Source: Ruditapes philippinarum
Lineage: Eukaryota
Direction of reading: 5' to 3'
Assembly: GCF_026571515.1 (NCBI RefSeq)
Contig: NW_026853943.1
Location: forward strand, 62,001-126,000
Length of the DNA stretch: 64,000 nucleotides
Positions 1 to 14,230 of the stretch are shown here, one piece after another. How positions within the stretch are numbered: position 1 is the first letter of the stretch; every line of letters starts with the position of its first letter. A program made the translations under genes and the position numbers. Below the pieces are notes generated by a model. That model did not search any database. It was not told where the DNA came from and saw nothing but the letters and a program-made list of their open reading frames with translations.

Positions 1-2157
1 AGCATCTCACCCACCCTAGAGAATGAAAGCAATCTATTTGTCCAAATATTCACAATGAGCAATAGACATTATAGAAAATATTTATAACACAGTAACTGCC
101 ATCGTTCTTAAATGTTTTGTAAGTGTTTGGTACAACTGTATTATATATTCTCTCAATGTAAAACTTACAGCCATAGTGCTGATATGAAAATCTATCTTTT
201 ACAGAAATCAGACATAAGATCATATGAAGTATCAAAAATATTTTTGTCATATTTTTTCCTATGTTCAATGACAAATTTTTTATACAATAGTCATAAAAAA
301 AGATGCGACTCCAAAATGTGCCTAAACATTATAAATTACATTGTAACAGACGATGTGCGGCAAAAGCCTTATAAAAGGTAATCTCTGCATTGATCAGTGA
401 TATTTCCCACCTGGTTGCACATTTAGTTTAGATATGACATAGGATATCCAGTCCTGGGCCCAATACGGTACTCGTAACATTTCTTTTGCAAATACAAGTA
501 GTCATCTTAGAAAGCGCCTTTCAATTTGTTACATACTTCTTACAGACTTCTTACAAATTTATTTTTAATTAAAGTTGGTCACCCGAAGGGAATACTTGAT
601 TAAAATAGATTCATATATATTTGGTTTTGATGTACAGCATATATTTGTCGCTCCTTTTAAAATCTATTTCAGTTGTTATCTTGGGATCAAATTTGATTAA
701 CCTCTACTCAGTGGCAAATAGTAAGAAATGATGGAGTTGAGGAATATGACAAGCAACATAACATTGTGAACTTATACTTCATGTATTAGATCGTGTCCTT
801 GTGATTTAGTTCAAACCGACATGTGGATCATTTGGAATTACAAAGCACAGCAGAATTGCAAAAGAAAATACGTGCCTCTGACAATTCATTACATTGAAAC
901 CTAAGTTATCCAGTTAAACCTGCAAAGAGGATCATTTGAAATTACATTTCACACAATGAAAACTACGAAATTCGTCAGATTAGAAACCCTAAAACTTGAC
1001 CAGAGCATAACCGTTTAAATGGTGGCATCATAAAGATTATTTCATTAATAATCTATGCATTGTTTTTTTTTTTGACAAATTCATTTGTTATTTGGGAAAA
1101 ACAATCATCTTATAACAATAAACATAAACTGTTCAATTATGTCAAGGTCACGTTTTCTTTTTTAGTGACTCTGTCTTTTTCCGATATAAATCATATATTT
1201 GCATGTAAAAGTGTCTAGTGGGCTGATATGTATGCATTTGGTAACAAAGAGCCTTTTACATTAAAATGATTGCAATTGTTTGTTCAGATTGAGAATTATA
1301 CATATTTATTTTAGATTTGAAAATGTCTTTGTTTCAGAAAAAGAAGAAACAGAAGTAAACATGAAGTTTCAAATCTCCTTAATCTTCTCTTATTAATGAT
1401 TACAACTAATCAAAAGCATGCCCATTGATCATGTGCACAATATATATCTTTCTGAGTAGACCATATTTTGTAAGTCATATCTATATATTAATCTGTTCAA
1501 ACAATTTATTTTCTTAGAGCATTTCCTGCTTTTGCTTCATTTATTCTTTATCAAGATGCTTATAAATCTAAATCATCTTGTAATCAAATCAGGCAGATGA
1601 TATTTCAAACAGTAACTTACAAATGTCGCAGTTATATGTCAATGTGTCGACGTACATATTATTTCAATAAAAATTCAATGAACAGTAGAATGGAAACACG
1701 ATTCACCGTCTTTGCTTTAGGCAGACATAATCTTAATTGTGTCAATTGTTGGTCTGAGCCTTTGTATTTAACGCATTAAATAACATAGGACCTTCTTCTC
1801 TGCGTTATGATTGTCGCGTAGGAATTATATTTACTCTAGTAGTCTATTACTGTAATAGACTAATGAACAAATGTCGCTTAAAAAGCGTAAATAACAACGA
1901 AAAGATAATATAAATTTGAATACACCTATTGTTTTTTGTTTTGACTGAGTTAGCTGAAAATTTGTGAAGTGGCAAACTTAGGCCAAACAATACATTTTAC
2001 TAGGAAATTTAATTGTTCATTTCTCAATATGTTGATACATTAAAACAACAATCGATAAACAATGTTCAATTTATTTTAATCACTGTAATCAAGACAATGA
2101 CAATATTTTGTCAATCTTGTCATGTTACTTAAAAGCTAAAACATTTATGTCTTATAC

Positions 2158-2187
2158 CACGGATTTATATTACAATATAAATCCGTG
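2158..2187. mobile_element. 30-bp TIR-only DNA transposon remnant or footprint with 7-bp target-site duplication
   Basis: Perfect 14-bp inverted repeat CACGGATTTATATT-ac-AATATAAATCCGTG, flanked on both sides by CTTATAC (2151-2157 and 2188-2194). Confidence 0.7.
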
Positions 2188-3940
2188 CTTATACAAACGG
2201 AATGATAAGAATAGAGAAAATCATCTTTCTGTTGCAAATAACGATCTAAAAAATGATTAATTGATATACATATTTAATATATTTTAATCAATATGATTGT
2301 AAAAAAAATAAAAAAAATAAACTTTTAATTTGCTTACTTAAAGTAAAATTCTTAGAAATACACTGGGATTGTGACAATTGTTTTCAAACTGAAAAGGAAT
2401 AAATAAGTTGAATTGACACATTCTAAACACAAATGCAAATTAATGCTTATTATTGACTTCAATCAAACCATATGTACATATATACTGATTTTATGTGTTC
2501 ATATAATTTGGATGATTTTGAAAACAACAAAATGATGTCTTTATTAAAACATATTTTTTCTGGACATAACTGTTTTGATTGAATGTTTACTGATAATTTT
2601 TATATTCAAATAAATAGTTTTCAGTTTGACCCATTAAGAGAAAATTATATAGTAAATCACCGCTATTTCTTAACAATATACGTTTTTAAATGATAGAATT
2701 ATTCAATCTCATATTAAAACAAAGACGATCGTATAAAATTCAATAACTTTGATTTGACAAAATTAAGGTTAGTATCATAATTATCATTTCTGGAACTCCA
2801 TATCTTTGTGTCTATTATATATAATTGTCAATCAGTTTCAACATCATAATGAAAGCTTCTAATGAAACATATAAACAAGTCCAATTAATAGCCTTGAATG
2901 AGTACAAAATTGCTACAAGAGAAAAAAAGCTATTCAAAAATGGCTACAAGAGAAAAGACTATTTTGTAATGCAACATATGATTAAAAGTATTGTTTGAGA
3001 TAATTTACTGATCGTATTTATTAATTCTTCTCGTCTCTACAAATATATATTAAGCTGTCATTCCAGTCAATTATCATTACTTTATCGGCAATACTAGTAA
3101 ACTAAACAAGTATCAAATATAAACATAACGTTAAATATTTTTCTACGAAATAGCAAAAGCATGAAAATGTATATGATATATACAGATGAAAAGGAAAGAA
3201 CGTTTAACAAAGAATATGGGAATATTAATGTTTTTGTCAGCAATGTGAAAAATACACAACATACATGTTTTAGTTTGTTCATACAGCTAAATAAATATAA
3301 GATATAACTAGATATTAAATTCAATCAAATAAAACACATAAATAGCCTACATACAGTGTTTGTTCTAAGAAATATACTTCTCTTGTTTTCTCATTGAGTA
3401 TTGTACTTGTATATTTGTAACATAAGCTTATTGCAGTGTCTCGAATTCAACATGTTTCTTAAATATTTTCAAAATGTTTTCAGTGATTATGAAAAAGTAC
3501 ATTTTGTTACTTGTCAAAATTAGTCTAAGTCAAACCGAATCCGTGAATTCAAAGGTTAGTTTCCTTTTTAGTCTTAGATTGTACAGTAAAAAGTGCGTAT
3601 GTTTTCCGAGCAATTCTACCTACACAGTTTAGTTCACCTCCGTTGCATACTGAGCAAAACAGTCCCTTTTAAAAACTGAAATAGTAATTTCATCATGCCC
3701 CTAAAGTTTATTTTCCCAAACTGGTATTATTAAACCGTTTTAAAAATACATGACTTGTATACATTATGTTCCAAATGAAATTGTGTAGTTAGCTCTTGTC
3801 CAAACGAAAACATACATCAACTCAGAAAATGTTAAAGAACATAAAGACTTGAGAATGACATGTAAATATCTATCAAAATTGTTAGAAACAGACCAGTTCT
3901 AAGAACACATCAAAGTTTCGAAATTCATTGTTCATAAGTG

Positions 3941-4249
3941 TCAATTAAGCCTCAAAACAATTTGATCGAATTCGTGCAGATTGACAATGACATGGGAACT
4001 TTCCTGTATGGCTGTTCGCAAATCAGCTATAGTAGCTGCCTGCCCTTTTTGTTTTCTCCATTCCTTAAGCATTTCGAACGTTGCTTCTTTTGCCTCTCCT
4101 TTGCGGTTCTTTTCAATTTGATCTAACAATGGCGCTGGTATTCCCTCGCTCAGGAAAAACATATTAGTATTCTTGCCAAATAAGTTAGAAACTTCTGCCA
4201 AAAATGCATCGCTGATTGGTTTATTTATTTTTCTTTCAACTTCTTGGAT
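3941..4249 (-). CDS. Death-domain terminal exon of gene 1
   Basis: Acceptor ttcag|ATC; sequence ISDAFLAEVSNLFG...IEKNRKGEAKEATFEMLKEWRKQKGQAATIADLRTAIQES matches the death-fold pattern MLxxWxxxxGxxATxxxLxxAL. Confidence 0.85.
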   Translation of the reverse strand: MQEVERKINKPISDAFLAEVSNLFGKNTNMFFLSEGIPAPLLDQIEKNRKGEAKEATFEMLKEWRKQKGQAATIADLRTAIQESSHVIVNLHEFDQIVLRLN

Positions 4250-7200
4250 CTGAACCATAAACATGAGACATGCCGAAATAAGATTAAAATATTTAAAAAT
4301 ATTTAGTTGCTTATAGTTATGACGGCTCTAACAAAAACAAAACTGTTTGTGTTTTTCAGATAAATGGGGGACACCTAACATAAATAGTTATTGAAAGACA
4401 AACATGTTGAGGGGCTGTGTTGTTTTGTCACTTCAATGAGCATAGTACATATAACATCCAATTTGCTTTGGAAAGCAACTGAAACATCACTTTTCTAATT
4501 TAAGTTTTTTATGGTAATTTTAAACTAAACAAAGGTATCACAATACGTTGCTCATAACACTATAGTTCAAAACATTAATTTAAAAAATGGACTGATTAAA
4601 AAAACAACGAGTTTCAAAAAATATTAACTAAATGCATGAAACGTACATGAATTCATAGCAAATAGGAAAGTATTTTTCTTAAATCAATCATTTTATTCTT
4701 CTTTTGTACTACTTTCCTACATTTATTTTAACTGTAAATTATTAAGTAAAATTTTTTTTAACATTACCTGTGTAGAAAACCAAGGAGATACTTCTCTTGT
4801 AACAAATCTATTATTCTCCTCAAACACATTTTCCCATTCATTTCCTTCTTCCTCTATAACACTCTTTATTTCTTGATTCCCTCTAATTTTGAAAAAGTGA
4901 CATTCTAAATTCTTTTCGTTGCTTGGTCCTTTTCCCAAGTGTTTCAGTTCGTTTTCAAAAGATTTTCGCAGTTCCTGATATTCTCTATTTATGTTTGTAT
5001 CCTTTGAACTGGTTTCAATATTCAAGTCCAGCAAATAAACTTTCGCTACATGAAAGTGTACGAAAAGTCTGTGTGATTTTTTACAAAATATAAGAGAATT
5101 TTTGATTTGAGTATTATATGGCCCACTACATAAAATGTTCCAGCCTTTGCTTAAGAGAATAGTGTACATCTTCCCTATTACGAAGGCTGGTATTATATCG
5201 ACATTGACGGTCATTCGGAGAGCATTGGCATGAGGAGAATACATTTTACAATCAAAAGCTGGCATTCTGTTTGAATATATGAACGGAAGCATATAAAGCG
5301 TATCATTTTGTGAATCATCTTCTACAAAAATAAAACCTGTCTCGATTAGAGCATCCGTTAGACGCTCCTTGCTTGCAGATATGTTAATATATCTATAAAA
5401 TCTATACAACTTTAAAATACAATCTATAGACGAAACTGATTTGAACATCTCGGCTAAGATGCTCTTAAATTTGTTAATGAGCGTATCTGGCTTGCACACA
5501 AATTCTTCGTCATTTGATTTGAATAGTATTAACTGCTTTCTTCTGACTAGCCATTCAATTTCTTTTTTATCACATTCCTCAAGAGGACAAAAAAGTTGAC
5601 CGGATGCAAACATGTTTTTGCATGATTTCGGACAGTTTGCATAGCTTAAAGTCATCTCCTTAAGCATGTCCTTCATCTTACGACACATTTCTGAAACGGG
5701 ACACCATTCAAAATGACTGTGTCTAGTAAAATATGTTTTTCTGATAGCGGAAGGAAAATGACCTTCTATGTTCTCTTCGTCTACCTAAATAAAATATACA
5801 ATCTTTGTTACAAATAAATATGACAAAATCTTTTTCATATTTGTGAATATATCCCCAATATATAACATTTAAGGAAATTTACAGATTAATTTGTCAATTT
5901 TGGAAATTTCTACGGTCCACCATTTTAATGAATAGTAAAGCAATGTCTGCATAATTATAATGTTGTATGTATTACAAAATAAAAGTTTGCTAAGGTCAGG
6001 AGTCAAACATATATGCTTACCGCTGAGTTGGTATCAACTAACAGCAATTTAGACTTGGCTTCTTCCAACGATGCAAGAACTCCCAATTCTTTGACAAAAC
6101 CTTTATAACGCTCTGGACAAAATTAAAATATTCTTACATAATCAAGAACAACATCATTGGAACATAAACATGCGTGTCGTGCTGTAAGCATTTCTTACTA
6201 TGATTCTATTAACATATATACACTACACTGCTATAAGCAATACTGTCAATATTTCTATAAGAAGTACTTTGAGAAGAAGTGCCGACAACAAATAAATTAT
6301 ACTCAATGTTTTGATTATAAGGTTGGCATTGATTTATTTAAGTATATTATAGATATGATATAAAGCAAAGAAGTAAGATATTTAGTTACCAATACTAAAT
6401 GTGCTACTGTCTATAGCGAGCAGGATCAACGCGGGCCAGGTAAATAATGTAAATATAAATGGTGCAAGATCATCATTTATACCACTCTCTTCTTCTATAA
6501 CTATTGCATTCATGTCAACTTTCATCTCCCTTTCATTTTGCTGAAATCATGAAATTGTACTGTGGTGATAATTTATCAAAAAAAAAAAAACAACAAGGAA
6601 AGTGTTTTTCAAATTTATGTTCATTTTCACAAGACATTTGCTCTTTCACACGATAATTTAAAAATTTGGCGGATGACTTATCGTTAGATACGACAATTGC
6701 TTCAATTTTAAAGAAAGACCGTCTTCGAAATATTTTGTGATACATGTATAAATGATGACTTTACAATTTTTTCTGCGTCTGCACATTTCTGCGTTCAATA
6801 ATTTTGTTAAGATGTAAATTAAAATACTATAACACAAAACAAAAAATAAAGAAGAATAAAAACAACAATAAAGTTATTAGTATAGACAATTTTACAACGA
6901 CAAGAGGTAGCATTTCGAGCATGCCCATTCGAGTTTTCAAAGCAGTGGACCTTGTCGTTACAGGGTCTACTAAGTGAATAAATATTCGTAAAAAAATACC
7001 ACTTTTCTCGAGTCAAGCGTTAAAACACTATTTGTCTGATTACATTGCAGATTCATTTTAACATTAGTTTGGACATTTTTCTTTTCGTTGATATAATGTC
7101 CAAAGCCTTAGCCAAAGCAAAAAGTTTGGGATATTTTCGCGTGGCGTGGTCGTATTTTGGACCGGCGATTTGTTCTTTCTGTATATAAAGTGTAAAAATT

Positions 7201-9330
7201 TTCATAAAAAATCTCAATTGTTTCGAGCCAACTGTTAATACCATTTGTCAATTTTTCGATTAGTTGTGGGTGTCGTCTTTAGGTTATTTATAAATTATTG
7301 TTAAACGTACCATTTTCTCGAGCCAGCCGTTTACACACAATTTCCAGATTCACTATTCGATTAGTTTGTGGAGGATCTTCTTAACAGCAATTTAAGACCC
7401 AAAGCCCTCTTACCCTCAGAAGACTTGCGCATAGAGTGCTCTTTTTTTCCCCTTTGACCAGCGATTTGTTTTTTTTTTGTACAAATAAAGTATTACAAAT
7501 TTCGTAAAAAAACACCATATTCTCGAGCTAACCGTTAAAAACGTGTTTTCTTATTCCGTTGCGAATTCATTTTTTCATTGTTTTTGAGGGTCTTCTTTAC
7601 AACAATTTAAGGCCAAAAGCCCTAACACTAGCAATACGTCGGGGATATTTCCGCGGGGCATGTTCGCTTTTTTGACCGGTGATTTCTTGTTACTCTTAGA
7701 AAGTATCTACATATTCGTAAATTAACACTATTTGTCTGATTATATTGCATATTTGTTTTTCCATTATTCTGGAACATCATAAATTTCAAAGTCATAACCG
7801 AAGCAAAATGTTCTGGAAATTTCCGTGTGGCATGGTAGTTTCTTGTCTTGAGATTTTTCTTTCTGTATATTAAAGAATATACATATTCAAAAGATCTAAA
7901 TTAAAACACCATTTGTCTGATTCCGTTACAGATTCGAATCTATTTTAGTTTTGAAGAAATCTTCTATACAGTAATATAAAGTACAAAGCAATATCCCAAG
8001 CACACGTTTAGGAAAATTTCAGCATGGCATGGTCGTTTTTTGAGCATTCATTTTATTTTTTATATGAATTTTTCAAGAACAATCAAGTAGACCTCTTTTC
8101 TTGCTAATAAATACATTTCCACAATTTTACAAAATTATCTTAATAATTTTTAAGTCCGAGAGAATTCTTTAAATATTTTTTTGCCATATATCTTTAGGGT
8201 AATCTTGGCCACAAACTTTAAAGGCATTTCTTGAAGTTTTAAAAAGCTTTTTAGTATATTTTCATACTTTTTACCTTCAAGTGACTCGGAATTCTTTATT
8301 AAGTTTTACTACATTTCTATGTAAGGCGATGATGTTTTGTTAACGCAGATTGCACATACGCGATAAAATACTACATCCAGTCGAATTTTCATAGCAACGG
8401 TCCTCGTCGTAAAACGGGCTTTACATCGCATGAAAGAGAGGAAATTTATAATAAATTTATCTTACTTCCCCTTCGTTTCGCCGATGTTGATCGCCAGTTA
8501 CAAAAAAGCTTGTTGTGTCATTGCTCTCAGGTGATCTACCAAGTGGTGAAAGACGCTCCTTTCCGACAGATGAATGTGCCTCGACATCATTACCAAATGC
8601 TTCGCCGTGTGCATAGTTTTCCAAATCTTTGTCGTTTTCGATCTGAGCCTCTTTCTGATAGTCCATAGACAACACATCTGGACAAAATATTAAATTCTTT
8701 AGAAATATATTTTCAGAAATACATTATTTATAAATTTCAGGTGCGTGGTTGTAGAACAACTTCGATTCTAGATTTAATGAGCAAGAAAAGAAGCCTGATA
8801 AGCCTGAGTGATTAATTACAAAGCTTTTTGAACAAATTTATATATATACTTGTACGGCTGTCGACGGTTGAACGGCTATCTGCCCATTTGATTGTACGGT
8901 GTGTACACAGATGAACTATCTTTTTATTTAGGGGATATTGTTAAGCATATTATAATGATTATTATATAACATTCTTGAAATGAAATGTTTAATATAAGAA
9001 ACCATAATTTTTTTGACCGGTTTAAAAATATTTATTAAAAAATTTCGAACCGTGTAAAGAATACAAAAGCATATCTTTTTCTTCATCAGAACAAAATTGA
9101 TTTGAGTAAAATGTCATTTAGTACGAAAAGACTAATTTGCAATTTTAAAATCAAAGCTGAAAATCTTTCTTATATATGCAATTCATACCCTCTAATAAAG
9201 ATGCGACTGAGATCACTGTCCACATGTTTTGTAGAACACAAGGTCTTCTAGTTTGTCGTTCAACACATGTCTGTACATTTGATTTATCTCCTAAGATATA
9301 CACTTGTGTGACTGTATATTGACTGTCCAT
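3941..9330 (-). CDS. Degenerate Roco-like protein: pseudo-Roc (GTPase motifs lost), COR-like region, C-terminal death domain (about 640 aa, 6 coding exons)
   Basis: Phase-compatible GT-AG exons 9330-9189 (MDSQYTVTQVYILGDKSNVQT...), 8677-8466, 6540-6390, 6112-6021 (...KLLLVDTNSA), 5784-4768 and 4249-3941 total 1923 nt with no internal stop. The large exon has COR-like LYMLPFIY and IIPAFVIGKMYTILLSKGW (compare FYYVPCML and FMPPAIFYRVVALCIGKW in the paralogs). The last exon has a death-domain signature (LDQIEKN...ATFEMLKEWRKQKGQAATIADLRTAI). Extra small exons cannot be excluded. Confidence 0.72.
6990..8050. repeat. Degenerate tandem repeat array (about 170-200 bp units) in an intron of gene 1
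   Basis: Recurrent motifs ccattttctcgagcc/tcaagcgttaaaacac, ccaaagccct, ggatatttcc and gcatggtcg at roughly regular spacing. Confidence 0.55.
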
Positions 9331-9582
9331 TTTAACTTCTCAAGTGCTTAATGTCTCTTTAGGTGAACTCTTGATATACAATATACAATAAATCTTAAAA
9401 AAGAAAATTGATACGTAAAAATGTTGTTGAAATGGTCATGATAACATTTAAAAACGAGAGAACATGGTAATGAGAGATAGATGATAACGCATGCCAGAAA
9501 AAACAGTATCATACATTGTGGATAAGTAGACGCTCTTTGTAATCAAAGCATTATGAGTACGAAATTAAATTGTTGGGTAAGG

Positions 9583-12500
9583 TCATACATATTGTCGTAT
9601 AATTTGTAATGTTATACACACACACACCGACATTTAGCTGCATATCTTTTTATACTTTACATTTAAATGGTCTTTGCTGAAGTGTTCAAGAATTTCGTAA
9701 TTGGCACAGAATAATATTGGGAACTTTTGTTTGTTATTCTTGAATATGTGATGTATAGCGTATCAACTTAGTGGCGTGACAATTACGAAAAATTAACCTT
9801 TTTAGGCTCAACCCGGAACCATTTTTAACAAAACATGTCATATACCAAAATGTTCCCAAATGTTAATAGGTTCCGAAACTGCCGGCATAAATTGGCATAT
9901 ATGGTGGCGAACATAGAAATCCAAGATGATGTCGAAAATGGCCGCCAAAAAAAATGAAAATTACCACTTACCCAATAATAATTAATTTTAAGCAGATTTA
10001 ACAGATAATACACTTAAAAAGAAAAAAATCAATGTCATATTTTAACGTAAAGGATGATTTCTTGTAATATTAGCCATAGTAAATCAGTAAATTTTCGTCT
10101 TTTTTCGTCAAAATTTCCTGTCACGGTCTGTAAAATATGTTTACATTGATATTAGATGCTAAAAGTGTATGACTGTGTGACATGTATTTGATACAAAATG
10201 CATGAAAAGAACAAATACATCTGTTTTTACTTCCTAAAATTAAGTAATAGAAAGTAAGTTGTTTTTTTTATTGTTGGCAGCCATCTTGGACACCATCTTT
10301 GACTTCTCTTTTCGCCAATATTTATGCCGGCAGTTTACTATAAATATTTTGGATCATTTTGGTATATGACATGCCTTGCTTAACAAAAATGGGTCCGAGT
10401 TCAAGTTTCTGAATTGCTTGATTGTCACCTTACCATATCCTTTGTGCATTTTTCTAAAATGTGATAGATTTTAAGGTCAATATGTTACGCTATGCAATTT
10501 TAAAGCAAATGACATGAACATAAAAACAGAAAGCATGTATGTACAGCTAGAAGTTAAACCATTTCACATGATAATAACCAGAAACGGTCGCTATGAAAGT
10601 TATATCTAGGAAGAAAGAAAAATATATACGCACGATTTATATCGATAAAATACAATGTATTGTTTAAAGAAATATTTTGCCAACAATGTAAATTTCAATG
10701 AAGTAAACGACTGACACTAAAAACTGATTCAGACCATAATGCATGACTAAACGACATAAACATAGCAGAAAATAACCTACAAAATGTTGCAAAATTTGTC
10801 AAACAAAAATGAATATTCAAATCATGCATTATATCACCACTAACGTGTACCCAAAAAGATAAATGAGTTTCAAACAGGCCCAAAACATGGTATGTTTAAA
10901 CACCTTATTGTCACTAAACTTAAAATTATTATAGACATTAGCCACCATTACGTGTAAGCGTTAGATACGGGGCAATTTGTACAGATACGTTTGATATAAA
11001 ATTGATATTGATAAGATAAATTATAAATATAGAAGTTTCTTGGTACGCTATCTTTTGCACACAGAGTGTTATGATTATGGAACTGACATAAGAATTGAAA
11101 ATAGACACAACTCATCATGATGAGGTGTCTTTAGATAAAGACCAATATATGTAGATAAAATGTATAGAAGTAACCATTGATTAAACAATGCTCGAGGTAG
11201 TGAAGTTACATTTTATATCATGCGCATGATTGAGGTAAAAATATCATTTGAAAATTGTTTTCGCGTTAGAATTGTTAAGGACATTGTTTATTTGCATACC
11301 TTTGATAAAGAGATAAAAATGTACAAAGGTTCAAATAATAATATTATTTTAAAATAGAAACAAGTCAGCAACACACGTAAGATTAGAGAAAAGTAAAATT
11401 GAAAGCATACCGATAGAATGGTAAAAACATTCTATAGAAAATGTTAGATTTTTTTTTCAGTTAAAAATTCATGTTTTATCATACACTGACAACATTCATA
11501 GTTATGTAGTATTTTCGTGTGTGGAACAGTGCTCAGTTGCTGTTAGCTATGCAGTGAACGTTATTTTTTCATAATAGTTTAAAGCAAAGAAAATGGTTAA
11601 TTGTTTTAAGTTGATACTCTTTGCACAAATCGTTTTAAGATTATGACATTGAAAAAAAGTCACAACGTCATGTGTACCAATAAGATTAAAGAGAACGGTA
11701 TGACTTTTGTATAGATATAATCAATGTTAAGTTAACATTAATAAGATAATGTTCCTTGTACAGTGTGTATACATTGAAGCATTCGCATTTTTTATTTTTA
11801 AATATATATAATATATAAAATTATGAAATTTCGTTGAATTGTTCAGTCATTCTAGAAGTTAACACATGTACAGATGAACACAATTAAAACTGTATTTGTA
11901 CGTGTCGGATTAAAGCCATGCTATGTTATTTGACAGTTGCCATTAACACTAACTGGGACATTTGTATATGACCCATTAATAGCTAACAAGCCTAAAATTG
12001 AATGTAGTGGAAAAAAACAAGTTTAACTTATTTTTTATGACAAATTTTCTTTATATTTGTTGCGCAAATAATATATATAATTTCAAATAATCATAGCGAT
12101 AACCTATGCTTATTTTAAAATATATGTCATCGTTTGATAATTCGTTAACATTTAATAAAGGTAGACATTTTGTAAGCATTTGATAACTTATCATTACACA
12201 TAAAAGGACTTTTAAGCTGATAAAGGTGACGTGATGTGTACTAAAAATATATTGACCAGCTAAAAAGTACATATTTGTTTTATCATATAATTTATAAATA
12301 ATTTTTATTGAATACGTATGCGATGTTTCTAAATTCATTTTCATACAAAAATTTATAGTTGATGATTTAGAATAAAGTGTTTTTATCAGTACAATATAAA
12401 TATGTTTGGTTTAATCATACGTACTGTCGTATAATTCATAATCTCACACACACGCCGACATTTAGCTGCATATTTTTTATAGTTGACAATTAAATGGTCT

Positions 12501-14230
12501 TTGTTGAAATGCTACAGAATTCAGGGAATTGGCATAGAATAAAATCTGAAAATTGTGTTTGTTTTTCGTGAATATGCCAAACAAAAAACCGAGAAAGTAT
12601 TCACAATATTTGCTCTCTTCTTATTGTGATGTACATGTATAGCGTACTTAATAGGGTGACAATTACGAAAAACTAACCTAGTAAAGGCTCTACCCGGACC
12701 CATTTAAACAAGACATGTCATATACCAAAATGTTCCCAATTGTGTATAGGTGGTAAAACTGACGGCATAAATTGTCATAAATGGTGGTGAATAGAGAAAT
12801 CAAAGATGGCGTCTAAGATCGCCGCCAAAGTTATGAATATTACCACTTACTCACTATTACTTTATTGTAAACAGACTAAAAGAATGCAACAATTATAAAG
12901 AAAAATTTCAATGGCACAGTTTTTACGTAAAGGATGGTTTCTTGTTATATAAACCATATTTAATCAAGGATGGTTTCTTGTAATATAAACCATAGTTAAT
13001 CAATTATTTTTCCTCTTTTTTCGTTAAAATTTTCTGTCATGGTCTGTAAAAAATAATGTGATAGGGCAAGTATGTTACGCTGTGCAATTTTAAAACGGAT
13101 GATATGAAAATAAGAACAGAAAGAATGTATGTACAGCTAGAAATTAAACCATTTTACATGATTATGACCAGAAACGATCGCTATGAAAGTTATATCTAGG
13201 AGGAAAGGAAAATATATACGCACGATTAAACGAACAATATTGATCAAATACAATGTAATGTTTATAGAAATGATTTGCCAACAATGTAAATATCAATGTA
13301 GTAAGCGATTGACATTGAAAACTGATTCACATCATAATGAATGACTTAACGACTCAAACATAGCAGAAGAAATACTGAAAATGTTGCAAAGTTTGGCAAA
13401 CAAACTTGAATATTCAAATCATGCATTATATTACCATTTACCTGTACCCAAGAAAGGTAAAATGAGTTTTAAAGAGACACAAGACATGGTATAATTTAAC
13501 AACTTGTTGTTACTAAAATTGATCAAAATTATTACAGACATAAGCAATCATGACGTGACGTGTTAGATACAGGGCAATTTGTACAGGTACGTTTAGTATA
13601 AAGTTAAAAGTGATAAGATAATATTCCTGTTATATATTGAAGTTTCTTGGTACGGTATCTTTTAAACATATTGTTTTAAGATTATGAAACTGACATAAGA
13701 ATTGAAAATAGACACAACTCATCATGAGGTGTTCTTTCGATATAGAACAAAATGTGAAGATAAAATGTATAAAAGTAACCATTGATAAAAATCTTCCTGG
13801 TACAGTGACGTTACATTTTATTTATATCATGCGCATAATTGAGATAAATATATCATTTGAAACTATTTTAAAGTTCGAATTGTTTAGGAAATTGTTTATT
13901 GACATACCTTTGATAAAGAGATAAAAGTGTGCAAAGGTTCAAATGTAAATGTTTTAAAATAGAAAAAAGTCAGCAACTCATGTAAGATTAGAGAAAAGTG
14001 AATTTGAAAGCGTATCGATAATTTTTTTTAAATGTTATGGTTTAAACATTCTGCAGATAATGTTAGATTTTCTTTTCTGTTAAAAATCAATGTTTTATCC
14101 TCCACTGACATTTATAATTATGTAATATTTTAATGTGTGGAACAGTGCTCATTTGCTGTTACCATTGCAGTGAACGTTTTTTGATAATAATTTAAAGCAA
14201 ACAAAATTGTTTTTTGTTTCAAGTTGATAT
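9583..14230 (+). repeat. Local direct segmental duplication (about 9583-11620 and about 12415-14230)
   Basis: Colinear shared blocks, e.g. acacac(g)ccgacatttagctgcatat, cgctatgaaagttatatctagg, gaaaatagacacaactcatcatga, gtggaacagtgctca. The second copy has lost the right half of the embedded MITE. Confidence 0.85.
9773..10432. mobile_element. Non-autonomous TIR element (MITE); truncated second copy at about 12652-13050
   Basis: Left arm gtgacaatt...ccggaaccattt...catgtcatataccaaaatg...aaactgccggcataaat is mirrored by the right arm atttatgccggcagttt...cattttggtatatgacatg...aaatgggtccga...attgtcacc. Confidence 0.7.

Noticed and set aside
1-1000. Possible end of a neighbouring gene or short ORFs at the window start
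   Set aside because: No recognisable domain or consistent splice structure.
8150-8310. Lys-rich open stretch on the minus strand within a gene 1 intron
   Set aside because: No phase-compatible splice sites found; the gene model closes without it.
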